Assembly: GCA_029210565.1 (NCBI GenBank)
Contig: JARGFQ010000001.1
Span: 656 to 64,655, forward strand
Reading direction: 5' to 3'
Origin: Bacteroidales bacterium
GTDB taxonomy: Bacteria > Bacteroidota > Bacteroidia > Bacteroidales > VadinHA17
Length of the DNA stretch: 64,000 nucleotides
Under the pieces are notes generated by a model that saw only the letters and a list, made by a program, of their open reading frames with translations, had not been told where the DNA came from and did not search any database. Shown here piece after piece: positions 18,256 to 28,117 of the stretch; position 1 is the stretch's first letter, and each line of letters starts with the position of its first letter. The position numbers and the translations under genes are program-made.

Positions 18256-18936
18256 TCAGTCACCGAAATAGTAACCGTATCCCGATTTGTTTTTGATCAT
18301 GTTGCCCTTTTCTCCCATCTTTTTCCTGATGCGGGCTATTGTGACATCTACAGTACGGTCAGTGACAATCACCTCATCGCCCCAGACCTTTGAGAGAATA
18401 TCATTCCTTGAAAATATTTTTCCGGCATTGCAGATGAAGAGGGCAAGAATCTCATACTCTTTCCTGGTAAGTTCAAGTGGAACACCTTCGGAGTATATCA
18501 GCTTGTTGGCTGTATCAACCATAAAGTCCCCGGCAACAGTCTCCAATGTCACCTGTTCGGGTGATGATCTGCGGAGGATAGCCTTTACCCTGGCGCTCAG
18601 CTCCCTGATGCTGAAAGGTTTGGCAAGATAATCGTCGGCTCCCAGATTGAATCCCGTGATCCTGTCGTTCTCCGAATCCCGGGCCGTGAGGAATATGACA
18701 GGGGTGGTTAGTGTAAGCTCCTTCCTGATCTTTTCCGCCAGCCTGAAGCCGGATATCGGACCCATCATGACGTCAAGCAGAAAGAGATCGTAGCCTGAGA
18801 GGTCTTTTCGCAGTGCCTCCTCGGCGGAGATGCATGTGTCAACCTTATAGCCTTCACCGGACAGGTTGAACGACAGTATCTCGAGGATATCCTCCTCATC
18901 ATCTACAGCAAGTATTCTTCTCTTATCGTTCGCCAT
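18256..18936 (-). CDS. OmpR/PhoB-family response regulator
   Basis: Receiver domain (RILAVDDEEDI...LLDVMMP...) plus a winged-helix output (LTRKEYEIL...VWGDEVIVTDRTVDVTIARIRKK). I chose the ATG at 18936 (MANDKRRIL...). The ORF-track start at 19038 adds 34 non-receiver residues. Confidence 0.85.
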   Translation of the reverse strand: MANDKRRILAVDDEEDILEILSFNLSGEGYKVDTCISAEEALRKDLSGYDLFLLDVMMGPISGFRLAEKIRKELTLTTPVIFLTARDSENDRITGFNLGADDYLAKPFSIRELSARVKAILRRSSPEQVTLETVAGDFMVDTANKLIYSEGVPLELTRKEYEILALFICNAGKIFSRNDILSKVWGDEVIVTDRTVDVTIARIRKKMGEKGNMIKNKSGYGYYFGD

Positions 18937-19044
18937 AACTGTGATGTTGGAACATTTTTCAGATCTCTTCGGATCCGGTTCGCTGGCCAGTTTAGTATCA
19001 GATAATTCAAGAGGACGAATTTCGCCGGCATAGATCACATTCAG

Positions 19045-19077
19045 GTTACAAAATTGTTACAAATATGTTACAAACCA
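19045..19077. promoter_or_regulatory. Three direct TGTTACAAA repeats at exact 11-bp spacing (pho-box-like architecture)
   Basis: ggttacaaaat tgttacaaata tgttacaaacc, in the divergent region between the response-regulator operon and the 19175 gene. Confidence 0.45.
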
Positions 19078-19174
19078 AACACCCTGCAAGAATTATTTGG
19101 GTAATACAGGATTCAAATTCTCATTTACTGTAAATCATTAACTTTACTGCAGATACTGAAGCAGATCACCAAAG

Positions 19175-19855
19175 ATGAAACAGATACTTATTATTGCTGC
19201 GCTTGCGCTCCTCTCTGCCGGCGCTACCTCTCAGACCGTGGTGAAGCCCAATTACGGGCTCAAGTCGCCTGCCACTGCCGCGATCTCCTCTGTGGAATTC
19301 AGTGAATTAGCAACTGTGGTGCGACTGTCGGTTATGAGTGACATCGAAAATGCCTGGTTCTGTATCGACAGGAACACCTTTCTGGAGATACCTGGCGGCA
19401 TGAGGGTGAGGCTTTCAGGACTGGCGGGGCTGCCCTACTGTCCGTCGACCCATAAATTCAAGCATCCGGGAGAGAAGGTCTCGTTTTCGCTGACCTTCCC
19501 GGCCACAGGGATGCTGCCCTGGTTCTCGATCGTGGAGGAGTGTTCGGGCGGCTGTCTTTTGTTCCGTGGTATAGTCACCGATGCTGAGCTCAACAGCAGG
19601 CTGAACCGGGCATATGAGCTGACCGATCAGGGAGAGGATAAGACTGCCTATGGCCTGTTTGAGGAGATTATCAACGAGACTGATTCACTGGACCTCGGCA
19701 TTGAGGGGTCGATATACACCGCACTCATTCTCATCGATCACCGGCTGGGCAGGCAGGATGCTGCCAGGGCGTGGTATGAGAGGATGCTGACCTCCGGTGC
19801 ACCGGATTTGGGTCTCTACCTGGAGAGCCTGAGGGTTCAGGGAGTGGAGTTCTAA
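19175..19855 (+). CDS. Secreted hypothetical protein (Cys-containing N-domain, TPR-like tail)
   Basis: Signal peptide MKQILIIAALALLSAGATSQ. I recognise no family. Confidence 0.5.
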   Translation: MKQILIIAALALLSAGATSQTVVKPNYGLKSPATAAISSVEFSELATVVRLSVMSDIENAWFCIDRNTFLEIPGGMRVRLSGLAGLPYCPSTHKFKHPGEKVSFSLTFPATGMLPWFSIVEECSGGCLLFRGIVTDAELNSRLNRAYELTDQGEDKTAYGLFEEIINETDSLDLGIEGSIYTALILIDHRLGRQDAARAWYERMLTSGAPDLGLYLESLRVQGVEF

Positions 19856-19964
19856 CTCCCCGCCGGAGCGGGCCGGGTCTCGACGTCGCTGAGTGTACCG
19901 GAACGCTCTGCATCGCGCCGGAGATACAGGTCAGGTAGCACTGCCTCTCCCGGCAATTCAGGGT

Positions 19965-21539
19965 CTATACAATGATCTTTTCGTTTTCTTCGTCCCAGAA
20001 CACCTTTTTATGATGTTTGTATGAGAGCGTACCCATGTGGGCGGTCATGGCCTCCTGGAATCCCTGGTCAATGTCACAGCCCGGCTGAGTGCCGTTCCTG
20101 ATGGCTTCAAGCCACTCCCTGAGATGCAGGTGAGTAGTGTCTATCCTCTTGCCGCCCAGGTAGGTGTAGAGCAGTCCCCTCTCGGCAAAGTACCTTTCAG
20201 TGGCAGAGGAGACCGCATCAACGCCCTTCTTGCCGGGGAAGTAGGAATAGAAAGGCTTGCCTGGCTCTATAACCTTCTCGGCTATCCGTTCAGCATATCT
20301 TGTTGACATTGCGTCAGGATAGATGGTGATGGTGTCACCTATCTCCATGTATCCGTCATGACCCATGATCCGCTTGCCCCTGGACATCTGGCTGGCCAGG
20401 GTTGCAGAATAGAGAAGCGACATGTTCCTGTCCGGGAACTCAAATACTGTAGTCAATACATCGGGTACGGTACGCCCGTCATTGAAGTAATAAATTCCAC
20501 CGGTGGATATGGCTGAGTGAGGTATGCCCAGTTGCATGATCTGGTTGATGGCGTCATATTCATGGGTCAGCAGATCACCGGACAGTCCTGTGCTGTAATC
20601 CCACCAGCATCTCCAGCGGAAGAACCTCTCGAGGCTGAAGTCGTGCCACGGTGCCTGTCCGATAAACTGCTTCCAGTCAATGGTGTCGGGACTGGCATCT
20701 TCGTGTATGGGGTATACCCATGCACCGTTGGGGTCATTGCGGTTGGTGGTAACCTCCACCAGAGTAACCTTTCCGAGCATATTTTTCTGCAGTGCCTCCC
20801 GGGCTTTGATGTATGACGAGGTCTGACGTCCCTGATGACCCAGCTGGAAGACGATGCCGGATTCCCTGACAGCTTTTCTCAACTCATATGTCTCCCCGAC
20901 GGTCCAGGTGAGTGGCTTTTCACAGTAAACATGCTTTCCTGCCCTTGCTGCTTCAATGGTCATTGGCCCGTGCCAGTGGTCAGGGGTGGCTATGATTACC
21001 GCATCGACGTCAGGTGAGGCGATCAGATCCCGATAGTCCGGATAGCGCCGCGGCATGTCTGCTATCTTAGCTCCGGTACCTTCACGGTTAAGGTTGCCTG
21101 CCGTTACGCGGGCCATCTCACCGTAGGTGTCGAAGATATCGCATACGGCGGTGATACGCACGTTCAGGGCCTGCTGCTCCTTGAAGTCACTGTAGCGGGT
21201 GTCATTCTCATCGGTGGCAGCAGCAGCTCTCCAGTCATCTATCAGTGATGGATGCACGAACCCAAGAGCCTGCGCCAGCTGTTTGCCCCGGATGCCGAAG
21301 CCTATAATCCCGATCCTTATCTCCCTGGTGCCCGGAGGAGGAAGGGTATAATCAGCCTCTGCCGGGGACATACTGAGCTCCTCCGAAATGAGACGGTTGA
21401 TTTTATGCTCATAGTGAGATTTTCTGATGGCACCGTAGGCCACAGCCCCGGCAACGGGAACGGTAGCGAGTCCCTTCAATGCATCGCGCCTGGAGATCTT
21501 CTTTCCTCCGGACCCTTTGCCCTTATTCTCTTCATTCAA
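19965..21539 (-). CDS. Gfo/Idh/MocA-family oxidoreductase with a Tat-type signal
   Basis: SRRDALKGLATVPVAGA is twin-arginine-like. A Rossmann region IRIGIIGFGIRG follows, with long C-terminal Gfo/Idh/MocA character. The likely start is the TTG at 21539 (giving MNEENKGKGSGGKKISRRDAL). The ATG at 21644 would overlap the DoxX gene by more than 100 nt. Confidence 0.75.
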   Translation of the reverse strand: MNEENKGKGSGGKKISRRDALKGLATVPVAGAVAYGAIRKSHYEHKINRLISEELSMSPAEADYTLPPPGTREIRIGIIGFGIRGKQLAQALGFVHPSLIDDWRAAAATDENDTRYSDFKEQQALNVRITAVCDIFDTYGEMARVTAGNLNREGTGAKIADMPRRYPDYRDLIASPDVDAVIIATPDHWHGPMTIEAARAGKHVYCEKPLTWTVGETYELRKAVRESGIVFQLGHQGRQTSSYIKAREALQKNMLGKVTLVEVTTNRNDPNGAWVYPIHEDASPDTIDWKQFIGQAPWHDFSLERFFRWRCWWDYSTGLSGDLLTHEYDAINQIMQLGIPHSAISTGGIYYFNDGRTVPDVLTTVFEFPDRNMSLLYSATLASQMSRGKRIMGHDGYMEIGDTITIYPDAMSTRYAERIAEKVIEPGKPFYSYFPGKKGVDAVSSATERYFAERGLLYTYLGGKRIDTTHLHLREWLEAIRNGTQPGCDIDQGFQEAMTAHMGTLSYKHHKKVFWDEENEKIIV

Positions 21540-22014
21540 AATTTTGATCCTTTCGTCTGAAAAATCGTGCCAGCCCTGCCCTGTGCTCCGTGGGAAACAG
21601 TGCCAGGACACCCAGGGCAAAAAACTCAATGGCGACTTTGTCAATAATGAAATAGTTGCCCTCTGCCGGCATCGAGTATGTTATGCCGGGGAAGGGGGGA
21701 TGGGACAGGTAATAGAAGAGCAGCATAAGCATCCCCGCATATGAAGCCCAGCGGCTCAGAATGCCAAGTATCAGGCCCAGTCCGATGAGCAGCAGGCCCC
21801 ACTCGTTCAGGAAATCGGTGACGGAGAGTATCCGTTCATTGGAGGCCATGGAATGAAACAGGCCCGAGAAAGGTCCGCGTGAATCCAGCAGGTATACTCT
21901 GGCAGACCAGTTACTGTCAATGACTTTCACTAACCCTTCATAAAGAAAATGCCACCCTATGGCAAGTCTGAGCAGAACAAGCCAGATGGCCTGTTTATCG
22001 GTAAGGTGTTTCAT
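21532..22014 (-). CDS. DoxX-family membrane protein
   Basis: 160 aa with four TM helices. The N-terminus ...WLVLLRLAIGWHFLYEGLVK... is DoxX-like. Confidence 0.65.
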   Translation of the reverse strand: MKHLTDKQAIWLVLLRLAIGWHFLYEGLVKVIDSNWSARVYLLDSRGPFSGLFHSMASNERILSVTDFLNEWGLLLIGLGLILGILSRWASYAGMLMLLFYYLSHPPFPGITYSMPAEGNYFIIDKVAIEFFALGVLALFPTEHRAGLARFFRRKDQNFE

Positions 22015-22248
22015 CTATTTTAAAAATAAGGCACAATGTTAATTATTTATGGATTGATTTCAAAGGGTTGCGGTTGACTTGAGCGTGCTGTTTTCTGGTG
22101 GTTTAAGAAGATGATGGACGGGGTGTCAGGGAATAACTCCTTTTCAGGGCGTGAGAGAAAGGAGGTTGTTATTCCTGATACTCTGTTGTTTTATGAGGAG
22201 ACAAAAAACAGGGTGCACTTCAAAATAACATGATGTTCCCTGAAGGGG

Positions 22249-22282
22249 CAAAAAAAGGAGGGTGCTCTTCAGAACACCCTCC
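22249..22282 (-). terminator. Intrinsic terminator of the outer-membrane protein gene
   Basis: On the minus strand: GGAGGGTG-ttctgaagag-CACCCTCC followed by TTTTTTTG, about 25 nt past the stop. Confidence 0.8.
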
Positions 22283-22305
22283 CGCTTTTCATAGGTTGGT
22301 CAGTC

Positions 22306-23934
22306 TTAAAAATGGAGGTCGACGCCCACGGCGAGAACCCAGGTATCCTTGTTGTAAGTCTCGGTGAAGGGTACGCTGACGGAGCTCATGCCGGTCATGG
22401 GACGGCTGGTGTTCTTGCTTCCCTCCTGGTAGATCGTATAGATACCTCCGACGTTCAGGTCGATCATCGGGGTGATATGGAATCCAAACCCGCCGCCGAA
22501 GGTGCTGGTGTTAAGGCTGTAGCTGAGTTCATCCTGGTAGTTCAGGTTGACACCGGAGCTGGTGCCGGCATAGGCGACGCTGGCGAATATGTTCTTCGTG
22601 AATCCGAATTCCAGGCCGAAGGCATATTCCAGGAAGTTCTTGTCGATCATATTGATCTCCCTGTCGGCGCTGCCGTCGTAGTCGATCGGCTTGTCGAAGT
22701 AATAGTTGACGCTGCCGGTGAGCATAAACCTCTCCATCGGCCTTACCTCCACACCGACAGCCAGCATGGCAGGCATGTCATTGATAGTCTCGGCGCCGTC
22801 GGGGAACATGGTAATGGGCGTGCCTGTCTCCGTCATGCCGGTAGTGAAGTCGGAGGTGGTCTCGTTGATGACCCTCAGCTTGGTGGCAAATTCATATTTG
22901 ATACCGATGTTGACAATGTCAGCCAGTGTCAGGTTGACGCCGAGGATGGGGGTTATGCCCGAGCCTGTCTGAAGCACATCGGCCTGCTGGTTCTGCATGA
23001 GTGATGAAGTGGCAGTGGCGGTGGCTATCTGCGTGTTGAGTGCAGGTGTGGCGCCTGTGATGGTTCCGCTGATCTGGTTCAGGGTCATTACCGGTATGTT
23101 TGCTGCCGGGACGCCGATGGCGGCCAATCCGGCTTCAATTCCGGCTCTCTGTATAGCGTCAATGTAACCTGCTCCTTCAAGCTGAGTGAGGGTGAAGTCG
23201 CCGCCGCCGCCGGTGATGATGGGAGCCACAGTAGCCGGGATGGCGACTATGCTGGATAGCTGTGTTGCGAGGTTTGTGAAGACCGTGCTGGCCGGCAGCC
23301 ATGTTCCGCCCATGTTGAGCTGTATGTTTTCAAGCTTGCCCTCGTAGGTGTTGCGTGCCATCACATAGCGTGCCCCTGCGGAGACGGAGAGGATGTCATT
23401 TATCTTATAGGATACGTTGCCCTGAAAGCCGTAGAAGATGGATGATCCTACGAAGTTGGTCTCCAGGCGGTAATCCTGTGCGCCCTGTGATGCGAGAAAA
23501 GGCACGAGATCTGAGATGGGCATCTCTATCATTGCCAGCCCTTCGTCATAGGTGGCGCCACCGCCGCCGCCGACAGGATTGAACCCGAGTGAGAATGCCA
23601 TTCTGCCGGTGTTGTAGGCAGCATAGATGCTCGGGAAGAATGGTGCACTGACAGTACCTTCAAAATCCCTGTCAGGTGCGCCATGCAAGTAGGGATAGGT
23701 TGTCATTACCGACCTGCCCTGGCCGATGGTCTGGTTGTTGATCCCGAAGTGAAAGCCGGGAGCGAGCCTGGTAAGGCCGGCAGGGTTATAATAGACTGCA
23801 TCTACGTCGGTTGAGGCGTTACGGCTGAGCAGCCTGATGTACTGGGCACTCTGGTTGGTGTTGGTGACGAGTCCTCCGGCAACGAGTGTCCCGGTTACCA
23901 GCAGAGCTGCAAAAACAAAGAGAATCTTTTTCAT
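22306..23934 (-). CDS. Outer-membrane beta-barrel transport protein (FadL/TodX-like)
   Basis: Signal peptide. The N-terminus ...NQSAQYIRLLSRNASTDVDAVYYNPAGLTRL... is typical of FadL-type barrels. The sequence shows alternating beta-strand character and ends in an aromatic residue (F). A central Ala/Gly/Thr-rich insert is present. Confidence 0.6.
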   Translation of the reverse strand: MKKILFVFAALLVTGTLVAGGLVTNTNQSAQYIRLLSRNASTDVDAVYYNPAGLTRLAPGFHFGINNQTIGQGRSVMTTYPYLHGAPDRDFEGTVSAPFFPSIYAAYNTGRMAFSLGFNPVGGGGGATYDEGLAMIEMPISDLVPFLASQGAQDYRLETNFVGSSIFYGFQGNVSYKINDILSVSAGARYVMARNTYEGKLENIQLNMGGTWLPASTVFTNLATQLSSIVAIPATVAPIITGGGGDFTLTQLEGAGYIDAIQRAGIEAGLAAIGVPAANIPVMTLNQISGTITGATPALNTQIATATATSSLMQNQQADVLQTGSGITPILGVNLTLADIVNIGIKYEFATKLRVINETTSDFTTGMTETGTPITMFPDGAETINDMPAMLAVGVEVRPMERFMLTGSVNYYFDKPIDYDGSADREINMIDKNFLEYAFGLEFGFTKNIFASVAYAGTSSGVNLNYQDELSYSLNTSTFGGGFGFHITPMIDLNVGGIYTIYQEGSKNTSRPMTGMSSVSVPFTETYNKDTWVLAVGVDLHF

Positions 23935-24272
23935 GAGTCTGGATTTTAATTACACATTTTATAATAGTGTGTGCAAATTTTCAGAAAGCGGCGTAAAAGT
24001 ATGAAAAAAAGATTGACATTGACAACTTTCAAGCACAAATAGTGACCGAACGACAGAAGCGGGATCGTCTGATCAATCATCTCCCTTGTAGTTTGACCCA
24101 GGCCCGAAGGTAATTTTTTTGCTCTTCTCAACCTTTATTTTTCTGCGGTACCCGAGATTGCATAACCTTCTGTCACTCCAATTTTGTTGTATATTGCAGC
24201 TGAGACAAATAGCGGGACAGATGTGCCGGAACCTGACGATTTTGCATTTTGAACCTATGGATCCATTGTGCA

Positions 24273-25442
24273 ATGGCTGAGGAAAATAGTGTCATTTACG
24301 GCCTTGATTATCTAACCCGTAAGCCGATTAAGGTGACATTGGGTGGAGGGCTGATCAGGAATATCGAGGATGATGATCTGAATAGCGGCCTGGATTTGCT
24401 GATAGCGCCAGGCTTGACTGACCTGCAGGTTAACGGGTACGCCGGGTTTGATTTGAATTCAGGTCCTCTCACACCCAAAACATTAAGGGATATTTCATTG
24501 ATGCTCCGGGTAGACGGTGTTACGACCTTTCTCCCGACTCTCATTACTAACAGCCTGGGAAATACTCTCATATCTCTGAAAGCTATATCTGAGGCCTGCA
24601 GGCGTTTCCCTGAGGCGTCAGCAACGGTGGGAGGCATTCATCTCGAAGGGCCTTTCATCTCCCCGGAGGATGGGGCCAGGGGAGCACACCCTGCTGAGTA
24701 TGTAAGACCTCCTGACTGGGATCTTTTTCATGAGTGGCAGGAGGCATGTGGCGGGATGATACGCATCATCACACTCTCCCCCGAATGGCCGGAAGCTGCC
24801 GGTTTCATCCGGCGGGCAGCGGAGAGCGGCGTGACAGTTGCCATAGGCCATACCTCAGCCACTCCCGAACAGATCAGAGAGGCAGTAGCAGCAGGGGCTA
24901 CACTCTCAACACACCTGGGAAACGGATCCCACCAGATGCTGCCAAGACACCGGAACTACATTTGGGAACAACTGGCAGCAGATGAACTTTATGCTTCCAT
25001 GATCTCTGACGGGTTTCATCTCCCGGATGCGGTGATGAAGGTCTTCCTGAGAATGAAGCCGGGAAAGATTATCCTTGTCAGCGATGCCACCGGTCTTACC
25101 GGTATGCCGCAGGGAGACTATAACACACATATAGGAGGTGAGGTGACCATTACCGAAGCCGGAAAGCTTCATGTGAGGGGAAACCCTGATATGCTTGCCG
25201 GATCGGGTAAGTCGTTGCTCCACTGTGTGAGCACCCTTGCCTCAAAGGGTCTTGCTACAATGTCAGAGGCACTCGATATGGCCGGCAGAATCCCTTATAG
25301 GATGGCCGGACAGCCGGGAGAATGCCTGCTGGCCATTAACGGAGTAGCTGACCTCATTGTACTCAAAGAAGAGACCGACGGTCTTCGGGTTGTCAGAACA
25401 ATAAAGACAGGGCAAACGGTTTTCAGAACAGAACTGTCCTGA
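24273..25442 (+). CDS. nagA: N-acetylglucosamine-6-phosphate deacetylase
   Basis: Amidohydrolase fold with QVNGYAG..., ...GGIHLEGPFISPEDGARGAH..., ...AIGHTSAT..., ...THLGNG.... I chose the ATG at 24273. Confidence 0.8.
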   Translation: MAEENSVIYGLDYLTRKPIKVTLGGGLIRNIEDDDLNSGLDLLIAPGLTDLQVNGYAGFDLNSGPLTPKTLRDISLMLRVDGVTTFLPTLITNSLGNTLISLKAISEACRRFPEASATVGGIHLEGPFISPEDGARGAHPAEYVRPPDWDLFHEWQEACGGMIRIITLSPEWPEAAGFIRRAAESGVTVAIGHTSATPEQIREAVAAGATLSTHLGNGSHQMLPRHRNYIWEQLAADELYASMISDGFHLPDAVMKVFLRMKPGKIILVSDATGLTGMPQGDYNTHIGGEVTITEAGKLHVRGNPDMLAGSGKSLLHCVSTLASKGLATMSEALDMAGRIPYRMAGQPGECLLAINGVADLIVLKEETDGLRVVRTIKTGQTVFRTELS

Positions 25443-25645
25443 TTTTGGAAGTAAAGACTTGCCTGTGTACCTATTATCTCAGCTCTTGCCAACCTTTATC
25501 CTTGCACTGTACGTCGCCCGAGTTGGGGGAAGATTGCGAACTGGTTTGAGATAAAGAAACAAAATAGTAATCTGAAGCATGCAACCTTTTTTCAGGTTTG
25601 GCAGTATAACTGCTGTACATCGTCAAATAACCAAAGATTACAGCT

Positions 25646-26500
25646 ATGAAGAAACATACTGCTCTGCTTGCAGCAATGGCCATGCTGACTGTTGCATGTT
25701 CCAAAGAGGCTGACGTCAGGGTCGTGGAGGAGGGATTGGTTGACCATTATGCCACAACACTGACTGATATCCCTTCTGAATGGCTCAACAAAGCCCGGTC
25801 GGATCTTCACATAGCATACGGGCATACCTCACACGGTAGCCAGCTGACCGACGGCATGAGAGGACTGGCATCATTCCTGGGTGCGGAATATGCATGGAAC
25901 AACGGCGGCACCGGGGGTGCCCTCGACCTCCACGACTATGCTATGCCGGGTGACCTGGGGAACCCCAACTTTACGCAGTGGGAGAAGGAGACGCGCAGCT
26001 ACCTCGACGCCCATGGTGATGTCAATGTCATCATCTGGTCGTGGTGCGGACAGGTCTCTTCAGCCACCGAAGCCGAAATCAACACATACCTCAGCCTCAT
26101 GACCGGTCTCGAGGAGGATTATCCCGGCGTCACCTTCGTCTATATGACCGGCCACCTCGACGGCACCGGACTCACCGGCAATCTGCACAGGCGAAATGAG
26201 CAGATCAGGAGCTACTGCCGCACACATAAGAAGTTCCTGTATGACTTTGCCGACATAGAGTCTTATGACCCGGAGGGTAAGTTCTACCATGATAAGTGGG
26301 CCAACGACGGCTGCTATTACGATAACGACAATAACGGCTCACTCGAGTCGAACTGGGCTATCCGCTGGCAGGAGTCACACACCGAGGCTGTCGACTGGTA
26401 CAGTTGCGGCGCCGCTCATACCCAGCCTCTGAATGCCAACATGAAGGCATATGCAGCCTGGCATCTGTGGGCACGCATAGCGGGCTGGGACGGAAAATAG
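25646..26500 (+). CDS. Lipoprotein of unknown function (possible SGNH-like hydrolase fold)
   Basis: Lipobox LTVACS. The blocks YGHTSHGSQ, IIWSWCGQ and YMTGH faintly resemble SGNH-type blocks. This is a weak call. Confidence 0.4.
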   Translation: MKKHTALLAAMAMLTVACSKEADVRVVEEGLVDHYATTLTDIPSEWLNKARSDLHIAYGHTSHGSQLTDGMRGLASFLGAEYAWNNGGTGGALDLHDYAMPGDLGNPNFTQWEKETRSYLDAHGDVNVIIWSWCGQVSSATEAEINTYLSLMTGLEEDYPGVTFVYMTGHLDGTGLTGNLHRRNEQIRSYCRTHKKFLYDFADIESYDPEGKFYHDKWANDGCYYDNDNNGSLESNWAIRWQESHTEAVDWYSCGAAHTQPLNANMKAYAAWHLWARIAGWDGK

Positions 26501-26620
26501 AATAAAAGAAGGGATCATCCCGGGCAAATATTGCCCGCCCTCCCTGCTGGCCTCCTGCAAATGCATCAACCCAGCCCGGAGATTTCCGGGATTTTCCAGT
26601 TTCTACCTTTACTTTAATCT

Positions 26621-26657
26621 GAAAAAGGGGCGCTCACCGCACAGGTGAACGCCCCTA
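26621..26657 (-). terminator. Intrinsic terminator at the end of the PUL array
   Basis: On the minus strand: AGGGGCGTTCACC-tgtgc-GGTGAGCGCCCCT followed by TTTTT, about 30 nt past the stop of the BACON gene. Confidence 0.75.
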
Positions 26658-26685
26658 ACCTCAAATCAAATACCCAAAACTCTGC

Positions 26686-27954
26686 TTACAGTATGATTTC
26701 AACCTTGATGTCATCAAGGAAGATGCGGTTCTTGTTGATTGTGACGACTCCTATCCGCAGATCGTAATTATTTCCAAGGAATTTTATCTGCGTCTCTGAA
26801 GTTGCACCCGTGATTGTAAATGTGCGGGTAGCCTCGGGAGCGCTCCACATGCCAATGCAGTACTCGGTCACACCCTCGGCGGGATAGACAGGCCAGTTGT
26901 CAATGATAAACTGTTCCTGGCTCACGGTTCCAGGACCTATCACACTGACTTTAAGGACATTGTCATCCCTTGTCCCGGCTGCAGTCTGGTAAGGTATGGC
27001 TTTGAAGGTGACCTGCACATCCATTGTGCCGTCAATCTTGGAGAGGGCAGGGGATATCAGATCGCCACCGTAACTTGTCTTACCCAGTTTGACAAAACCC
27101 GTGCGGGCATATACTAATGGATCGTCACCGCTGCCCTCAACCGTATTTACGGTGCTTGTCCATCCCCTGTCTTTTTCTTCCTGGGTCCAGCTATCTATGC
27201 GCTTATCCCCGGTAGTGGTATAGAAGACAAAACTACCGTATGCCAGCCAGTTGAATTCCTCCTCCAGTACTACGGTGCCGGGCGACTGTGACAGGATGAC
27301 AGTCTCAACAACGGTGGGATAGTTGGTGGCAGTAACTGTCAGAGTCACCTCACGGGGATCGATGCTGGTGTTCTCCTCTGCTACGAGGGTAATCTTCTGA
27401 TCCGTTAGTGACTGTTCCGTCAGCCAGGTGTCGTCGCTCAGCGAGTAACTCCAGTCGACGTTTGAAGCAACATCAACAAAGAATTCTCCTCCGGCTGCCG
27501 GTATGCTCACAGCGTCAGGCAGTGTGATATAGGGCACATTGCCGGCCTGCTCAACGCGGAACAGCACAGGCTGCTCCTCACCGTCAACCACGAAGGCAAA
27601 GTTTGAGGTGCGCAGATCGAATGTCTCGTTGGTACTGACGATGATCTTGAAGATGCCGTCATCCTCTCCCTTGTCGGGAAAGGCCCTTACCCAGTCGGCT
27701 GACTCCTTGTTGACTATCTGCCAAGGCCTGTTGGAACGAACCACATAGCTCTGTGTCCTGGCTGCCCTGGTGACTGTAAGCCCTGTCGGGTTACCCTCTA
27801 TGCTGAAGAAGGGATCCTCCGGTTCGATCTTCTTCTCACAGGAGGTGAGAAGGAAGATGGAAAGAAGCAACAGCGGCAGTACAACCAGCAGGCTGTTCTT
27901 CATTCTGAATAAAATATCTGATTTCATTCGTTTATATTTTTTAGTTAATTTCAT
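26686..27954 (-). CDS. BACON-domain surface lipoprotein (PUL accessory protein)
   Basis: Lipobox LLTSC. Two BACON-like modules are present (…YVVRSNRPWQIVNKESADWVRAFPDKG… and …VDVASNVDWSYSLSDDTWLTEQS…TLTVTA). The C-terminal domain is unassigned. Confidence 0.65.
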   Translation of the reverse strand: MKLTKKYKRMKSDILFRMKNSLLVVLPLLLLSIFLLTSCEKKIEPEDPFFSIEGNPTGLTVTRAARTQSYVVRSNRPWQIVNKESADWVRAFPDKGEDDGIFKIIVSTNETFDLRTSNFAFVVDGEEQPVLFRVEQAGNVPYITLPDAVSIPAAGGEFFVDVASNVDWSYSLSDDTWLTEQSLTDQKITLVAEENTSIDPREVTLTVTATNYPTVVETVILSQSPGTVVLEEEFNWLAYGSFVFYTTTGDKRIDSWTQEEKDRGWTSTVNTVEGSGDDPLVYARTGFVKLGKTSYGGDLISPALSKIDGTMDVQVTFKAIPYQTAAGTRDDNVLKVSVIGPGTVSQEQFIIDNWPVYPAEGVTEYCIGMWSAPEATRTFTITGATSETQIKFLGNNYDLRIGVVTINKNRIFLDDIKVEIIL

Positions 27955-28117
27955 TCAGGTTAAATTCCCCGCTGCTTGCAGCGGAATTAGAGTCCAGAGC
28001 TTGCTCTGGGGTTAATACCAATTTATTTTGGTCGAATGGAACTTGCATGAGATCTGATGAAATACCCTGGTGTCAGCTCTGAACTATGCAAGTTTCATAG
28101 TATTGTTTTTTTGCATG

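Noticed and set aside
21540-21644. N-terminal 35-aa extension of the Gfo/Idh/MocA ORF from the ATG at 21644
   Set aside because: It would overlap the DoxX gene by 113 nt and put non-signal sequence ahead of the twin-arginine motif. The TTG at 21539 gives a canonical Tat leader.
22312-23004. 230-aa + strand ORF
   Set aside because: It is antisense to the FadL-like barrel gene, and its Gly/Ala/Val/Asp-rich shadow composition has no motifs.
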